DNA from: Candidatus Micrarchaeota archaeon CG1_02_47_40
GTDB taxonomy: Archaea > Micrarchaeota > Micrarchaeia > Anstonellales > CG1-02-47-40
Direction of reading: 5' to 3'
DNA: 64,000 nucleotides
Assembly (NCBI GenBank): GCA_001871475.1
Contig: MNVE01000016.1
Span: forward strand, 133,343-197,342
Shown here: one piece after another, positions 39,257-47,565 of the stretch
Layout: every line of letters begins with the position of its first letter
How positions within the stretch are numbered: position 1 is the first letter of the stretch
The notes under the pieces: generated by a model
What the model was told of the DNA's origin: nothing
Databases searched by the model: none
What the model saw: the letters and a program-made list of their open reading frames with translations, nothing else
Translations under genes and position numbers: made by a program

Positions 39257-40408
39257 TTACAGCATTTCAACTCCCGGCAGCTTCTCCCCGGAGAGAAAGG
39301 CAATGAGAGCCTTTCCCGCTGTGGAGATATAGGAGATTTTTGCCTTGCCTATGCCGAATTTATCTATTGCGGAAATAGTGTGCCCCCCTCCGGCAAGGGA
39401 GAAGGAAGTGGAGGCAGCAATTGCTTTCAGAATTTCTCTTGTCCCCGCCTCAAAGGACTTCTCTTCATAAATGCCAACAGGACCATTTATGACAACCGTT
39501 CTCGCGTTTTTTAGTATTCCCTTCCATTCTGCAAGCGTCTTTTTGCCTATATCCCCTATGCTCGCGCTTGCGGGCAGTTTTCCCGCCGGGCATTCTTTTC
39601 TTTTTCCTTTTTCCGCGTACGCAACGTCGATAGGCATTTGTATCTTCTTATTATATTTCACGAGCAGTTCCTTCGCTTTCGGGAGCAGCGCGGTATAGCC
39701 TTTCTCCTTTAGGTATTTCTCTCCTGCGCCTATGCTTGTGCCAGAAGCCAAGAGAAACATACTCCCCAAAACCCCCCCGCATAAGGCATAATCCATCTTT
39801 CCCTCTTTCAGCCAGTGCCCCATCATCGCAAGGGAGTCTTCGGGCTTTGCGCCTCCAAGAATGAATACGCATGGGTGGGAGGGATGCTTTACCTTCCCAA
39901 GAGCTTCCATTTCTTCCTGCATAACTCTTCCTGCAAAAGCAGGCTTGGAAGAAAAACCCACGACAGATGCTTGCGCGCGGTGCGAAACTGAAAAGCCGTC
40001 CATCACAAAAACATCGCAGAGCGGAAGGAGAGAGGTTATCTCCTTTTCATCCTCCAAAAAGCGCACATTTTCCAAGAGGAGTATTTCCCCTTCCCGCAAT
40101 CCGTTAATCGCTTTCTTTGCCCTCTCTCCGCAAACATCATTTATGAATAAGACGGGTTTGCCTATTTCTTTTTCCAAATATCCTGCATGGGCTTTCAGAG
40201 ATACGCAATCCGCATCTCCTTTCCTCCCCTGATGTGCAAGCACTATTACTCTTGCTCCCTTATCAGCCAACTCGCGCAGGGTTTTTGCATGCGCACTTAC
40301 CCTCGGAGACTTCTCTATTTTTCCGGTTTTCTCATCAAACGGGGAGTTTATATCCACTCTGACAAAGGTTCTTTTTCCCCTAAAATCAAAATCAGAAAGG
40401 GTTTTCAT
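39257..40408 (-). CDS. pgk: phosphoglycerate kinase (archaeal type)
   Basis: From ATG 40408: MKTLSDFDFRGKRTFVRVDINSP, with a C-terminal GGGHTISAI. The ORF-track N-terminal extension is unlikely to be real. Confidence 0.85.
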   Translation of the reverse strand: MKTLSDFDFRGKRTFVRVDINSPFDEKTGKIEKSPRVSAHAKTLRELADKGARVIVLAHQGRKGDADCVSLKAHAGYLEKEIGKPVLFINDVCGERAKKAINGLREGEILLLENVRFLEDEKEITSLLPLCDVFVMDGFSVSHRAQASVVGFSSKPAFAGRVMQEEMEALGKVKHPSHPCVFILGGAKPEDSLAMMGHWLKEGKMDYALCGGVLGSMFLLASGTSIGAGEKYLKEKGYTALLPKAKELLVKYNKKIQMPIDVAYAEKGKRKECPAGKLPASASIGDIGKKTLAEWKGILKNARTVVINGPVGIYEEKSFEAGTREILKAIAASTSFSLAGGGHTISAIDKFGIGKAKISYISTAGKALIAFLSGEKLPGVEML

Positions 40409-40451
40409 GGGGGAATAGGGGAGGGAAAAGGATAAATACGTTATCCGTATA

Positions 40452-40715
40452 ATGCTGACGGGGGGATGTTTTATGAGAGGGCAAATATCCGCTGAAGTGC
40501 TGATTCTGCTCGTAGTCATCATAGGGGTAGTCATAATAGTGGCAAGCCAATTGCTGCAAACCGCAGGCACTGCCGCGAATAAAATAGATGAAAAAACGGG
40601 AGAGCTTTTTGAAAAGACCGGTGAAGGGGCATTGGGAGGGGCGCAGGGGGAATACTGCGATGAAACGCTTCACTGCAAGGAGAGCTTGAGCTGCACGGAA
40701 AATATCTGCAGTTGA
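40452..40715 (+). CDS. class III signal peptide (type IV pilin-like) protein
   Basis: MRGQISAEVLILLVVIIGVVIIVA fits the (K/R)G | Q-x-S-x-E-hydrophobic prepilin signal. Confidence 0.55.
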   Translation: MLTGGCFMRGQISAEVLILLVVIIGVVIIVASQLLQTAGTAANKIDEKTGELFEKTGEGALGGAQGEYCDETLHCKESLSCTENICS

Positions 40716-41104
40716 GTGTTATGCAAAAGGGGCAGCTTTCCCTTGAGTTTCTTCTCCTTCTTCTGCTATTTCTTTGCCTTATTTCCATCTCCTTTTTTGC
40801 ATTGACAAAAACAAAGGGATTTGTTGAGGCGGAGCTTGAGAAAAAAGAGATGAAAAAGATGCTTTTGGGAATTTCCTCTGAAGCGGAATTTGTCTGCGCA
40901 CTTGGAGAGGGGAATGTGCAGATTGTAAAGGGGAAATTGAACGGCTTTTCGCTTGAGAAGGAAGGGGAAATTTTAAGAATAATGAAAGGAGATGCTCAAT
41001 TTGAGGAAAAGATGCCCTGCGCATTTTACTTTGAGGAAGGAGAGTATGGAGGAAGCGTGCTTGTTGCATATGAGGATGGAGCCGTGCGAATAAGGAAGAG
41101 TTAA
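40712..41104 (+). CDS. class III signal peptide pilin-like protein (QxSxEF/DUF361-type)
   Basis: MQKGQLSLEFLLLLLLFLCLISISFFAL contains the KGQ-LSLEF motif. Overlaps the previous pilin gene by 4 nt. Confidence 0.6.
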   Translation: MSVMQKGQLSLEFLLLLLLFLCLISISFFALTKTKGFVEAELEKKEMKKMLLGISSEAEFVCALGEGNVQIVKGKLNGFSLEKEGEILRIMKGDAQFEEKMPCAFYFEEGEYGGSVLVAYEDGAVRIRKS

Positions 41105-41130
41105 ATACTCCGTGCTGGCAAAATCCCTCC

Positions 41131-41421
41131 ATGACTATTTACTTAGAGGTAATCACCTCTCCAAACTGCCCGCATTCGCCCCGCGCCGTGAGGCTTGCCC
41201 AAAACGTGCTGAAGGAGATGCATGGGGTTGCGTTTCAGGAGGTCAGCATGATAACCAGCCAGGGGATGCAGATAGCGCAGGCATACGGAGTTAATGCAAC
41301 GCCTGCGATAGTGCTCAATGGAAGAATTTCCTTTGTCGGGGTGCCTGCAAAGAAGGTTTTGCAGAAGATGCTGGATGAGGAGTTAAAGAAGGAAACGGAA
41401 AAAAACAGCTATTTCTTCTGA
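41131..41421 (+). CDS. thioredoxin-fold protein (monothiol CPHS motif)
   Basis: 96 aa with SPNCPHSPRA at the N-terminus of a Trx-like fold. Confidence 0.5.
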   Translation: MTIYLEVITSPNCPHSPRAVRLAQNVLKEMHGVAFQEVSMITSQGMQIAQAYGVNATPAIVLNGRISFVGVPAKKVLQKMLDEELKKETEKNSYFF

Positions 41422-41425
41422 AAGC

Positions 41426-42190
41426 TTATATTTTGCCTTTTGGCAGGCGCGAATCCAAAAATGGGAAGACCTCTTCCCATGCGGGTTTGTTTTTTGTCAG
41501 CATATCAAGCGAATTCCAACTTTTCGCCTGCTGATTGATTTTTTTGCGAATATCGCCCCAGTCTGGAATTTCTTTGCATAATGCCATTTTCTGCCTGACG
41601 ATTTCAGGCTCCAAATTTGCGCCTTTTTGCAGAAGAAAGTGCAAGTCATAAACATCCCGCACCTGATTCCGCTGCCATATTGCACGGATTTTTTCTGCTG
41701 CGATTTCTTCCAATTGCATTATGGGCAGAACATAGGAAAGCATATCGGAATAAATCGGCTTTATAGCCAGTGCCTGCGCTGGCATCAGCAAATCCTTTCT
41801 TAATGAAAGGTCAAAGCGCACGGAGCATTTTGAGCGGCTGCTGCCGTCAAAGAGCACTCCTTCTATTAAGAATCTGCCCGATGCTCCGTCTCCAAACGGA
41901 TTGGGCGCCCTTGCAAGCTCGCAACGGTATCCCTGACTTTCCAGCCATTCGGCAGCTTCGTCAAAAACTTTCAGCCGGTGTTCGTTTTCCACGCGCTCGC
42001 AGAAATCAAGGTCCTCGGAAAACCGTTGCAGCCCGTATGCCTTCTGCAGAGCCGTGCCTCCCTTGAAAACAAGCGAAGTTGTTTTTGATGCGATGAAGAG
42101 AAGCAGGAGATGCTGGAAATAATCCTTCTCCTGCTGATTAAGATTGAAGCCTGTGCGCAGTTTGTATCCCTCAAGCTCTTTTCTGTCCAT
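41426..42190 (-). CDS. AbiEii/AbiGii-family nucleotidyltransferase toxin (module 1)
   Basis: LVFKGGTALQKAYGLQRFSEDLDF hallmark. Paralogous to 46704..47450. Confidence 0.75.
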   Translation of the reverse strand: MDRKELEGYKLRTGFNLNQQEKDYFQHLLLLFIASKTTSLVFKGGTALQKAYGLQRFSEDLDFCERVENEHRLKVFDEAAEWLESQGYRCELARAPNPFGDGASGRFLIEGVLFDGSSRSKCSVRFDLSLRKDLLMPAQALAIKPIYSDMLSYVLPIMQLEEIAAEKIRAIWQRNQVRDVYDLHFLLQKGANLEPEIVRQKMALCKEIPDWGDIRKKINQQAKSWNSLDMLTKNKPAWEEVFPFLDSRLPKGKI

Positions 42191-42824
42191 TAAACCGCCT
42201 CCTAAAGCGAATGAATCTTCTCAATGCGCTTTTATTTTGGTAAAGCCTGACAAAATTCTCAACTGCCCTTAAATTAAACCTGCTCGCTCTCCTGAAATAG
42301 GCTGCCGCCGATTCTGTTTCCTCATCACCAGCCAAATCAGGTCTTGCTATGCAGTCTGCAATCGCTTTCTCCCTTCCTGCAACGAAATATTTTTTACTGC
42401 CTGCTTTTGCGGGATGGAACCCTCCGAATGCCCGCGCAGGAGTGCGATGAAAGGTTATTTCATAATTTGCAAATTTTACAGCTCTTGCGGATGCGGCGGC
42501 GGCAACTTGCACCTGCACGGGTATCTGCGTGCCCGCCCCATGAAGGATGAGCGCGCTCAAAAAAGAGATATATGAAGGTCTGATAATCGCAGTTGCGACA
42601 GCTTCTGCCGATTCGCCCGCAAGCGCGTAAAGCCCGTTTTTTATTCTGCAAAGAACCCCGGAAGAGCAAAGGCGGCTTGCAAGCACATACGGCGAATTCG
42701 TGCCTGCAATAAGCCCAAGCATTTTTGTTGAGTATACTGGATTGTCAAGCTCGCGGAGCTTCTCCACCAATTCAAATCTATTCATGGATGTGCTTTGCAG
42801 GGAAAAGGATATAAATATATGCAT
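42171..42824 (-). CDS. AbiEi-family antitoxin/transcriptional regulator (module 1)
   Basis: Lies upstream of AbiEii and overlaps it by 20 nt. Shares HP(S/T)Y(I/V)SFLSA...HG similarity with 45784..46506. Confidence 0.65.
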   Translation of the reverse strand: MHIFISFSLQSTSMNRFELVEKLRELDNPVYSTKMLGLIAGTNSPYVLASRLCSSGVLCRIKNGLYALAGESAEAVATAIIRPSYISFLSALILHGAGTQIPVQVQVAAAASARAVKFANYEITFHRTPARAFGGFHPAKAGSKKYFVAGREKAIADCIARPDLAGDEETESAAAYFRRASRFNLRAVENFVRLYQNKSALRRFIRFRRRFNGQKRA

Positions 42825-42870
42825 TCTAACTTCAATTTCTTAACAAAAATGTTAAGAAACTGCAAACAAA

Positions 42871-43896
42871 TTAGACTTTCAGGAATCTGCCTTTTTGCGC
42901 TTTTTTATCCCTGCAAAGCAATGCCACTCTGCTTATTGGGTGTTCGTCCGTGTAAAGATAACCCGTTAATTTTGCAAGATTCTGCGCATACTCCCATATC
43001 TCCTGCATGGAAAGCATATCTCCCAATGCCAGCCCGCGCTTTTCCCTTCCCTTTCCCACGTGCATGTAGCTTTTTACCTCTACAAACATCGGGCGCGCGA
43101 TGGCAATTTGCTTTGCATAACCGTCAATGCCCCCCATATTCAAGCTTCTCACTAAAGTCATCCTCAAAACTGTGCGCGTTCCCTCCCGTATTCTCTTTCC
43201 GCCCATAAGCTGAAGAGATTTGCAGTAATTTTCCCAAAGGGAAGGAGTTTGAGGGCGGCAGGTTTGCAAATAAATCTCTTTGTTTGGGGCTGCCATTGAA
43301 ATGTAAAGTTGGGTTGGAAGAGAAGAAAGGGCTTGGAGGGCTTGCGGAGTGGTGCCGTTAGTTACGAGGAATGTGGTTAAGCCTCGTTTATGGAATTCGC
43401 CTATCAACTCTCCAAGATACGGATATAGAGTAGGTTCGCCCGTTAGTGAGAGCGCTATATGCTTTGGGGAGCGGGATTCTTCGCACAGTTTCGCGGTTGT
43501 TTTTTCATTCCCCCCGTAGCCGGAAACTATGTCCTTTTGCGCTTTGAGAAGCCCTTCTGCTATTTCTTGAGGAGAATCCCACTTGAAGCTGGCAGTAGGC
43601 ATCTCTTCAAATTTCTCCTTCGCCTCCGGCATTATCCTCCAGCAGAATTTACAAGCATGGTTGCAGAAAAGAAGAACTGGGGTGCACTGCACGCACCTGT
43701 GCGAGCTTATTCCATAGAATTTGTGCTTGTAGCAGAATTCCCCTCCCCTTAAGCACTCGCGCAGCCACATGCACCTCTTGTTTGCGGAGTGAGTTCCCAC
43801 TATGTGATATCCCTGCGAGCAAAGCTCGCTGAAAACTTCTGGCGGAATGGTTTTTGGGCAGGCGGGTTTTTGTCCCATATAGGAATATTTGCGCAA
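42871..43896 (-). CDS. taw1: tRNA wyosine-derivative biosynthesis radical-SAM enzyme TYW1/Taw1
   Basis: CNHACKFCWR radical-SAM cluster motif with additional N-terminal Cys. 341 aa. Confidence 0.75.
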   Translation of the reverse strand: MRKYSYMGQKPACPKTIPPEVFSELCSQGYHIVGTHSANKRCMWLRECLRGGEFCYKHKFYGISSHRCVQCTPVLLFCNHACKFCWRIMPEAKEKFEEMPTASFKWDSPQEIAEGLLKAQKDIVSGYGGNEKTTAKLCEESRSPKHIALSLTGEPTLYPYLGELIGEFHKRGLTTFLVTNGTTPQALQALSSLPTQLYISMAAPNKEIYLQTCRPQTPSLWENYCKSLQLMGGKRIREGTRTVLRMTLVRSLNMGGIDGYAKQIAIARPMFVEVKSYMHVGKGREKRGLALGDMLSMQEIWEYAQNLAKLTGYLYTDEHPISRVALLCRDKKAQKGRFLKV

Positions 43897-43936
43897 ATCA
43901 ACCTTTTTATGCTGATGGAGGCATAATATCCAGTAC

Positions 43937-45124
43937 TTGATTTTTATGGCAGTCCAAATAGATATAGACAGGAAAACCTGCGAAATTACCTGCGCTCACC
44001 CTGAAAGCGTTTCTTCACTTGTGAATGGGCATTATGGAATTATGAAGAAAGGGGTGATTTACCTCTATCCCGAAGAAGCGCTCTACTTGGCGGATATCCG
44101 GAATGCAAAATGCTACGACAAGGCAGGAAATGTTTTTCACTTCAATGATTTGGCTTCCCTTTTCCCGCAAAAAAAGCTCATGGCAAGGTATTTTACTTTC
44201 AAGGATTGGAGGGACAGGGGATTGATTGCCCGCCCGGCGCATGAATTGCCTGCAGGGGTGAATTTCGGCAGAAACCCCGTAAAAAAATACCCCAAAGGAA
44301 AATTCCAGATGGACCGCTATTCCCTGCACGGGGCGTTTTACGAGGATGATTTGGTATGCATAATAGATGATTCGGCTGTCGCAAAGGATTTGTATGAGCG
44401 CTACTGGCTTGGGCAGTTTGCCTCTTACAAAGCCGAGCAGAGGGGCAATATTGGCAAATTGGATATGTATGAAACGCTGTTTATGGTGAGAAACTGCCGC
44501 CTCTCAATAAGGGGGGCGGATGAGAAGAAATTGATGAGCGAGGCGAAGAAGAGGAGGAAGGACTTCCCAGCCCTTTACGAGGTGTATGAGGACTGGAGGA
44601 TTAGGGGGTTTGTGCTGAAGACGGGTTTTAAGTTTGGCACGCACTTTCGCTTGTACTTTCCTGGGGCTTCCCCCACGAGGAATACGGATGAGTGGATACA
44701 TTCAAAGCATGTAATACATGTGTTCCCGCGCAATAGCAGGCTGCTCATTTCGGAATGGGCGCGTGCAATACGCGTTGCGCATTCGGTGAAGAAAACATTC
44801 ATACTTGCAATTCCGGGAAAAGAGGAGAAGTGGGAGGGGAAATTGGAAGTTGATTTGGATTTTGCGCTTTACCACCGCAAAGGCGGGGATATAGAAAACC
44901 CCAAGGATGGAAAGCCCAAATACCTTATGCTTTCTCTCTCGGAAGAGGAGGAGATTGGGGGAGCGGAGCTTGCAAAGGCGATTGTGAAATGCAAGGAGGT
45001 CGGGCTTGAGCTTCTGCTTGCGATTGCGGATAGGGAAACTTCGGTTACTTATTATTTGATAAAAAGGATTGAACTGCCGGGAAGCAATTATGAGTATTAT
45101 GAGATAGAATGGGTGCAGCCGTAA
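43937..45124 (+). CDS. endA: tRNA-splicing endonuclease (duplicated alpha2-type)
   Basis: C-terminal catalytic unit GFKFGTHFRLY...H...K plus a degenerate N-terminal repeat. Confidence 0.7.
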   Translation: MIFMAVQIDIDRKTCEITCAHPESVSSLVNGHYGIMKKGVIYLYPEEALYLADIRNAKCYDKAGNVFHFNDLASLFPQKKLMARYFTFKDWRDRGLIARPAHELPAGVNFGRNPVKKYPKGKFQMDRYSLHGAFYEDDLVCIIDDSAVAKDLYERYWLGQFASYKAEQRGNIGKLDMYETLFMVRNCRLSIRGADEKKLMSEAKKRRKDFPALYEVYEDWRIRGFVLKTGFKFGTHFRLYFPGASPTRNTDEWIHSKHVIHVFPRNSRLLISEWARAIRVAHSVKKTFILAIPGKEEKWEGKLEVDLDFALYHRKGGDIENPKDGKPKYLMLSLSEEEEIGGAELAKAIVKCKEVGLELLLAIADRETSVTYYLIKRIELPGSNYEYYEIEWVQP

Positions 45125-45420
45125 GGAACCTTTGACGCTTGTGCGTCAAAATTTGAACGCTCCCGCGTTCAACCCTACGGTTTGAGTGTGCTTCGCACAC
45201 ACGCTGTCCTTCGGACACCTATTGACAACTCACGTTGCCAACTGCCCAACAGCTACGCTGTTGGTTTCTCAAACACCGTGCGAGCAGAGTAGATGCAATT
45301 CTCATCCCGACTGCTCTCACGGTGTTCACCCGTTTGAAGACGAAGTCTTCAAATTTTGCCCGATTGACGCTGAAGGCGTCAAGACTTGTCCGAAGGACAA
45401 GCAGAAGGGCAAATGTTTCC
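45125..45420. repeat. array of ~10 short GC-rich hairpins (5-8 bp stems, 3-5 nt loops), many with TTGAC...GTCAA arms
   Basis: Examples: ttgacgcttgtgcgtcaa, ttgaacgctcccgcgttcaa, gtgtgcttcgcacac, caacagctacgctgttg, ttgaagacgaagtcttcaa, ttgacgctgaaggcgtcaa, cttgtccgaaggacaag. Confidence 0.75.
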
Positions 45421-45439
45421 CTTTTTATTAGCCCGCGAT

Positions 45440-45780
45440 TTTCTATTGCATTTTGTCAAAAAAAGTTTCAAAATGCACTACATTTTGGCGAAAATATTTT
45501 CAAAATGCAAATTTTAAGGATTGACCGCCAGTGCCTGTTTTCTTGCAGAACGATTTTTGGCGAATATTGTTCCCGCGCAGAACAATTTCGTGAGGTGTGT
45601 TTGTTCGGAGTTTGAGCTGAAATTCACTCTTTTTGGTCGGATTTCCGAACAGAAATATGCGTTTTTGGCTCTCTCCTTATTTACGAGGATATTTTTCTTT
45701 GCTTTTTTGTTCGAAGTTTGAGCTGGAATTGAGTGTTTTTGGTCGGATTTCCGAACAAAACCGAGGATGAATTCTTCTTT
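45440..45780. repeat. complex direct-repeat block A (copy of block at 47566..47800)
   Basis: Box ttggcgaaaa..tttcaaaatgc is followed by two tandem ~75-bp units gttcggagtttgagctg(g)aatt...ttttgg.cggatttccgaac...gtttttggctctctccttatttacgagg. Each unit has a ttcgga/tccgaa inverted pair. Confidence 0.7.
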
Positions 45781-45783
45781 TAA

Positions 45784-46506
45784 ATGAGCGTTGAAGTTAT
45801 CAAAAATGATAACTTTAAATACTTTTTGGAAGAATATATTATCATGAATGATACGGAATGGCTCAAGAAACATCCCACAATAAGGCTGGCGGATATAGAG
45901 AGAAGATGCAAAAGCCATAACTACGCCAAGCTCTTTGCGCACAGAATGCAAAAAAAAGGGATTTTGCATAAAGCAGCAAGAGGAATTTATTCCGCTTCTG
46001 AAGAAGTATTTGCAGTCGCATCAAACATTCATTATCCGAGCTATGTTTCTTTTTTGTCCGCTTCCTATTTATACGGCTTTACCGAAACGATACCCCGCAT
46101 AGTTTCCATTGCAGCGGCAAAAAAATACAGCAAAATAGAGTTCAAAGGGTATACGATAGAATTCGTTCGGATGAAGGAGCTCTGGGGTTATAAAAACGAG
46201 AACGGGGTGTTTTTGGCAGAGCCTGAAAAACTGCTGATAGACGCATTCCTAAAGCCAAAAAGCATGGGGAATTTTGAGGAAATCGAAAGGCTCTTTGGAG
46301 GCTCTTTGGAGATAAATGCTGAAAAACTCAAAACCTACCTAAAAAAAACCAATTCAGACAGAGTATACAGGTGCGTCGGGTATATGCTGGAAAAGCACAG
46401 AAAAATAGACATATCGCGCCTTATGCGCATTGATAGGAACTATTATGAGCTGAATCCGTTTGAAAGCGGCGCGGGTATAAACAGAAAATGGAGGCTTAAG
46501 GTATGA
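45784..46506 (+). CDS. AbiEi-family antitoxin/regulator (module 2)
   Basis: HYPSYVSFLSASYLYGFTE...LID similarity to 42171..42824. The likely start is an internal Met near 45844. Confidence 0.65.
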   Translation: MSVEVIKNDNFKYFLEEYIIMNDTEWLKKHPTIRLADIERRCKSHNYAKLFAHRMQKKGILHKAARGIYSASEEVFAVASNIHYPSYVSFLSASYLYGFTETIPRIVSIAAAKKYSKIEFKGYTIEFVRMKELWGYKNENGVFLAEPEKLLIDAFLKPKSMGNFEEIERLFGGSLEINAEKLKTYLKKTNSDRVYRCVGYMLEKHRKIDISRLMRIDRNYYELNPFESGAGINRKWRLKV

Positions 46507-46520
46507 AAAATCGCATTGCG

Positions 46521-46700
46521 ATTGGAGACGATGGATATGGTTGTATTGTTTAGTCTCCAAAACATGACGCTGCAGTGTCATGCAGATTTTTCAGTTGACG
46601 CCAGGGGCATCAAGACTTGCTCAACAGAGCAAGCAGAAATTGACCGGAGGTTTGACGGCGAAGCCGTCAAATTTTGACACCTCCGGTGTCAAAGGTCAAT
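46521..46700. repeat. second hairpin array between AbiEi-2 and AbiEii-2
   Basis: ttggagac-N24-gtctccaa, catgacgctgcagtgtcatg, ttgacgccaggggcatcaa, cttgctcaacagagcaag, ttgacggcgaagccgtcaa nested within ccggaggt...acctccgg, ttgacacctccggtgtcaa. Confidence 0.7.
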
Positions 46701-46703
46701 AAG

Positions 46704-47450
46704 ATGAACACAAAAGAGCTTGGGGAGTATGCCCGTCTGCGGGGCTTGAACTTAGGGCAGGCTGAAAAGGATTATTACCAAAATATACTCCTTTTTCTGC
46801 TCTACGGCAGTGTCTCAAAAGAACTTGTCTTCAAGGGAGGAACAGCCCTCTCAAAATGTTATGGATTAAACAGATTTTCAGAGGATCTTGATTTTACAGT
46901 TCTGGAGGAAAGGGATTTCATTATTATTCTGGAAAAGGGGCTTGGGGAATTTGGCATTCTTCACATGGTAAAGGAGGAGAAAACGGCTGCCCAAAGCAAA
47001 AAATACAGGCTTAAGGTGCAGGGCCCTCTTTACAGAGGGCTTGAGAGAACGCTCTGCTCAATAACGCTTGATTTCAGCTTTAGGGAGAAGGTGCTTTCCC
47101 CTCCGCTTATCAAAACCATCGGGCATCATATGGATATAATACCGGTTTTTGACGTTTATGTTATGAGCCAGAACGAGATATTGGCGGAGAAGATAAGGGC
47201 GCTTCTTGCAAGAAAATCCGCAAGGGATTTGTATGACATTGTTTTTTTATTAAGAAACGGGGCGGTTGTTGATGAGAAAATGATAAGGCAGAAGCTTGCG
47301 CTGTGCGGAATGGAATTTGACAGAAAAACATTCATTTCAAGATGCGGTTTGCTTGAGGGGATATGGGAAAGCGAGCTTAAATCGCTTGTGAAGAATGTCC
47401 CTTCCTTTAAGGAGTATGTTGGAATGGTGAAGGGGAAGGTTGAGAGATAG
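46704..47450 (+). CDS. AbiEii-family nucleotidyltransferase toxin (module 2)
   Basis: MNTKELGEYARLRGLNLGQAEKDYYQ...LVFKGGTALSKCYGLNRFSEDLDF aligns along its length with 41426..42190 (MDRKELEGYKLRTGFNLNQQEKDYFQ...). The ORF-track TTG start at 46674 is rejected. Confidence 0.75.
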   Translation: MNTKELGEYARLRGLNLGQAEKDYYQNILLFLLYGSVSKELVFKGGTALSKCYGLNRFSEDLDFTVLEERDFIIILEKGLGEFGILHMVKEEKTAAQSKKYRLKVQGPLYRGLERTLCSITLDFSFREKVLSPPLIKTIGHHMDIIPVFDVYVMSQNEILAEKIRALLARKSARDLYDIVFLLRNGAVVDEKMIRQKLALCGMEFDRKTFISRCGLLEGIWESELKSLVKNVPSFKEYVGMVKGKVER

Positions 47451-47565
47451 AGAAGAGGGGGATTGAGGGAGAGAGGCGGGTAAGGGGTATCGTTGGGACA
47501 GTAGTGAAGGAGGGAATGAAAGAATAGAGATTGATGAGAAGAATTGGCGCAGGGAGATAAGGATT

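Noticed and set aside
45186-45431. 81-aa Cys-rich ORF (MCFAHTLSFGHLL...) across the hairpin array
   Set aside because: The reading frame is generated by back-to-back palindromes; Cys/His richness comes from GC-rich stems. There is no RBS and the ORF sits inside a repeat/structure element.
45514-45969. Minus-strand ORFs 45514..45969 and 47626..47979 giving similar peptides (…PAQTSNKKAKK..LVNKERAKNAYF…)
   Set aside because: Their similarity follows from the duplicated DNA blocks A and B. The sequences are low-complexity, have no start context, and the frame is broken between repeat units. Treated as non-coding repeats.
46674-46703. TTG start at 46674 for AbiEii-2 from the ORF track
   Set aside because: Alignment with the paralog (MDRKELEGY...) supports ATG 46704 (MNTKELGEY...). 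The upstream 30 nt are part of the hairpin array.
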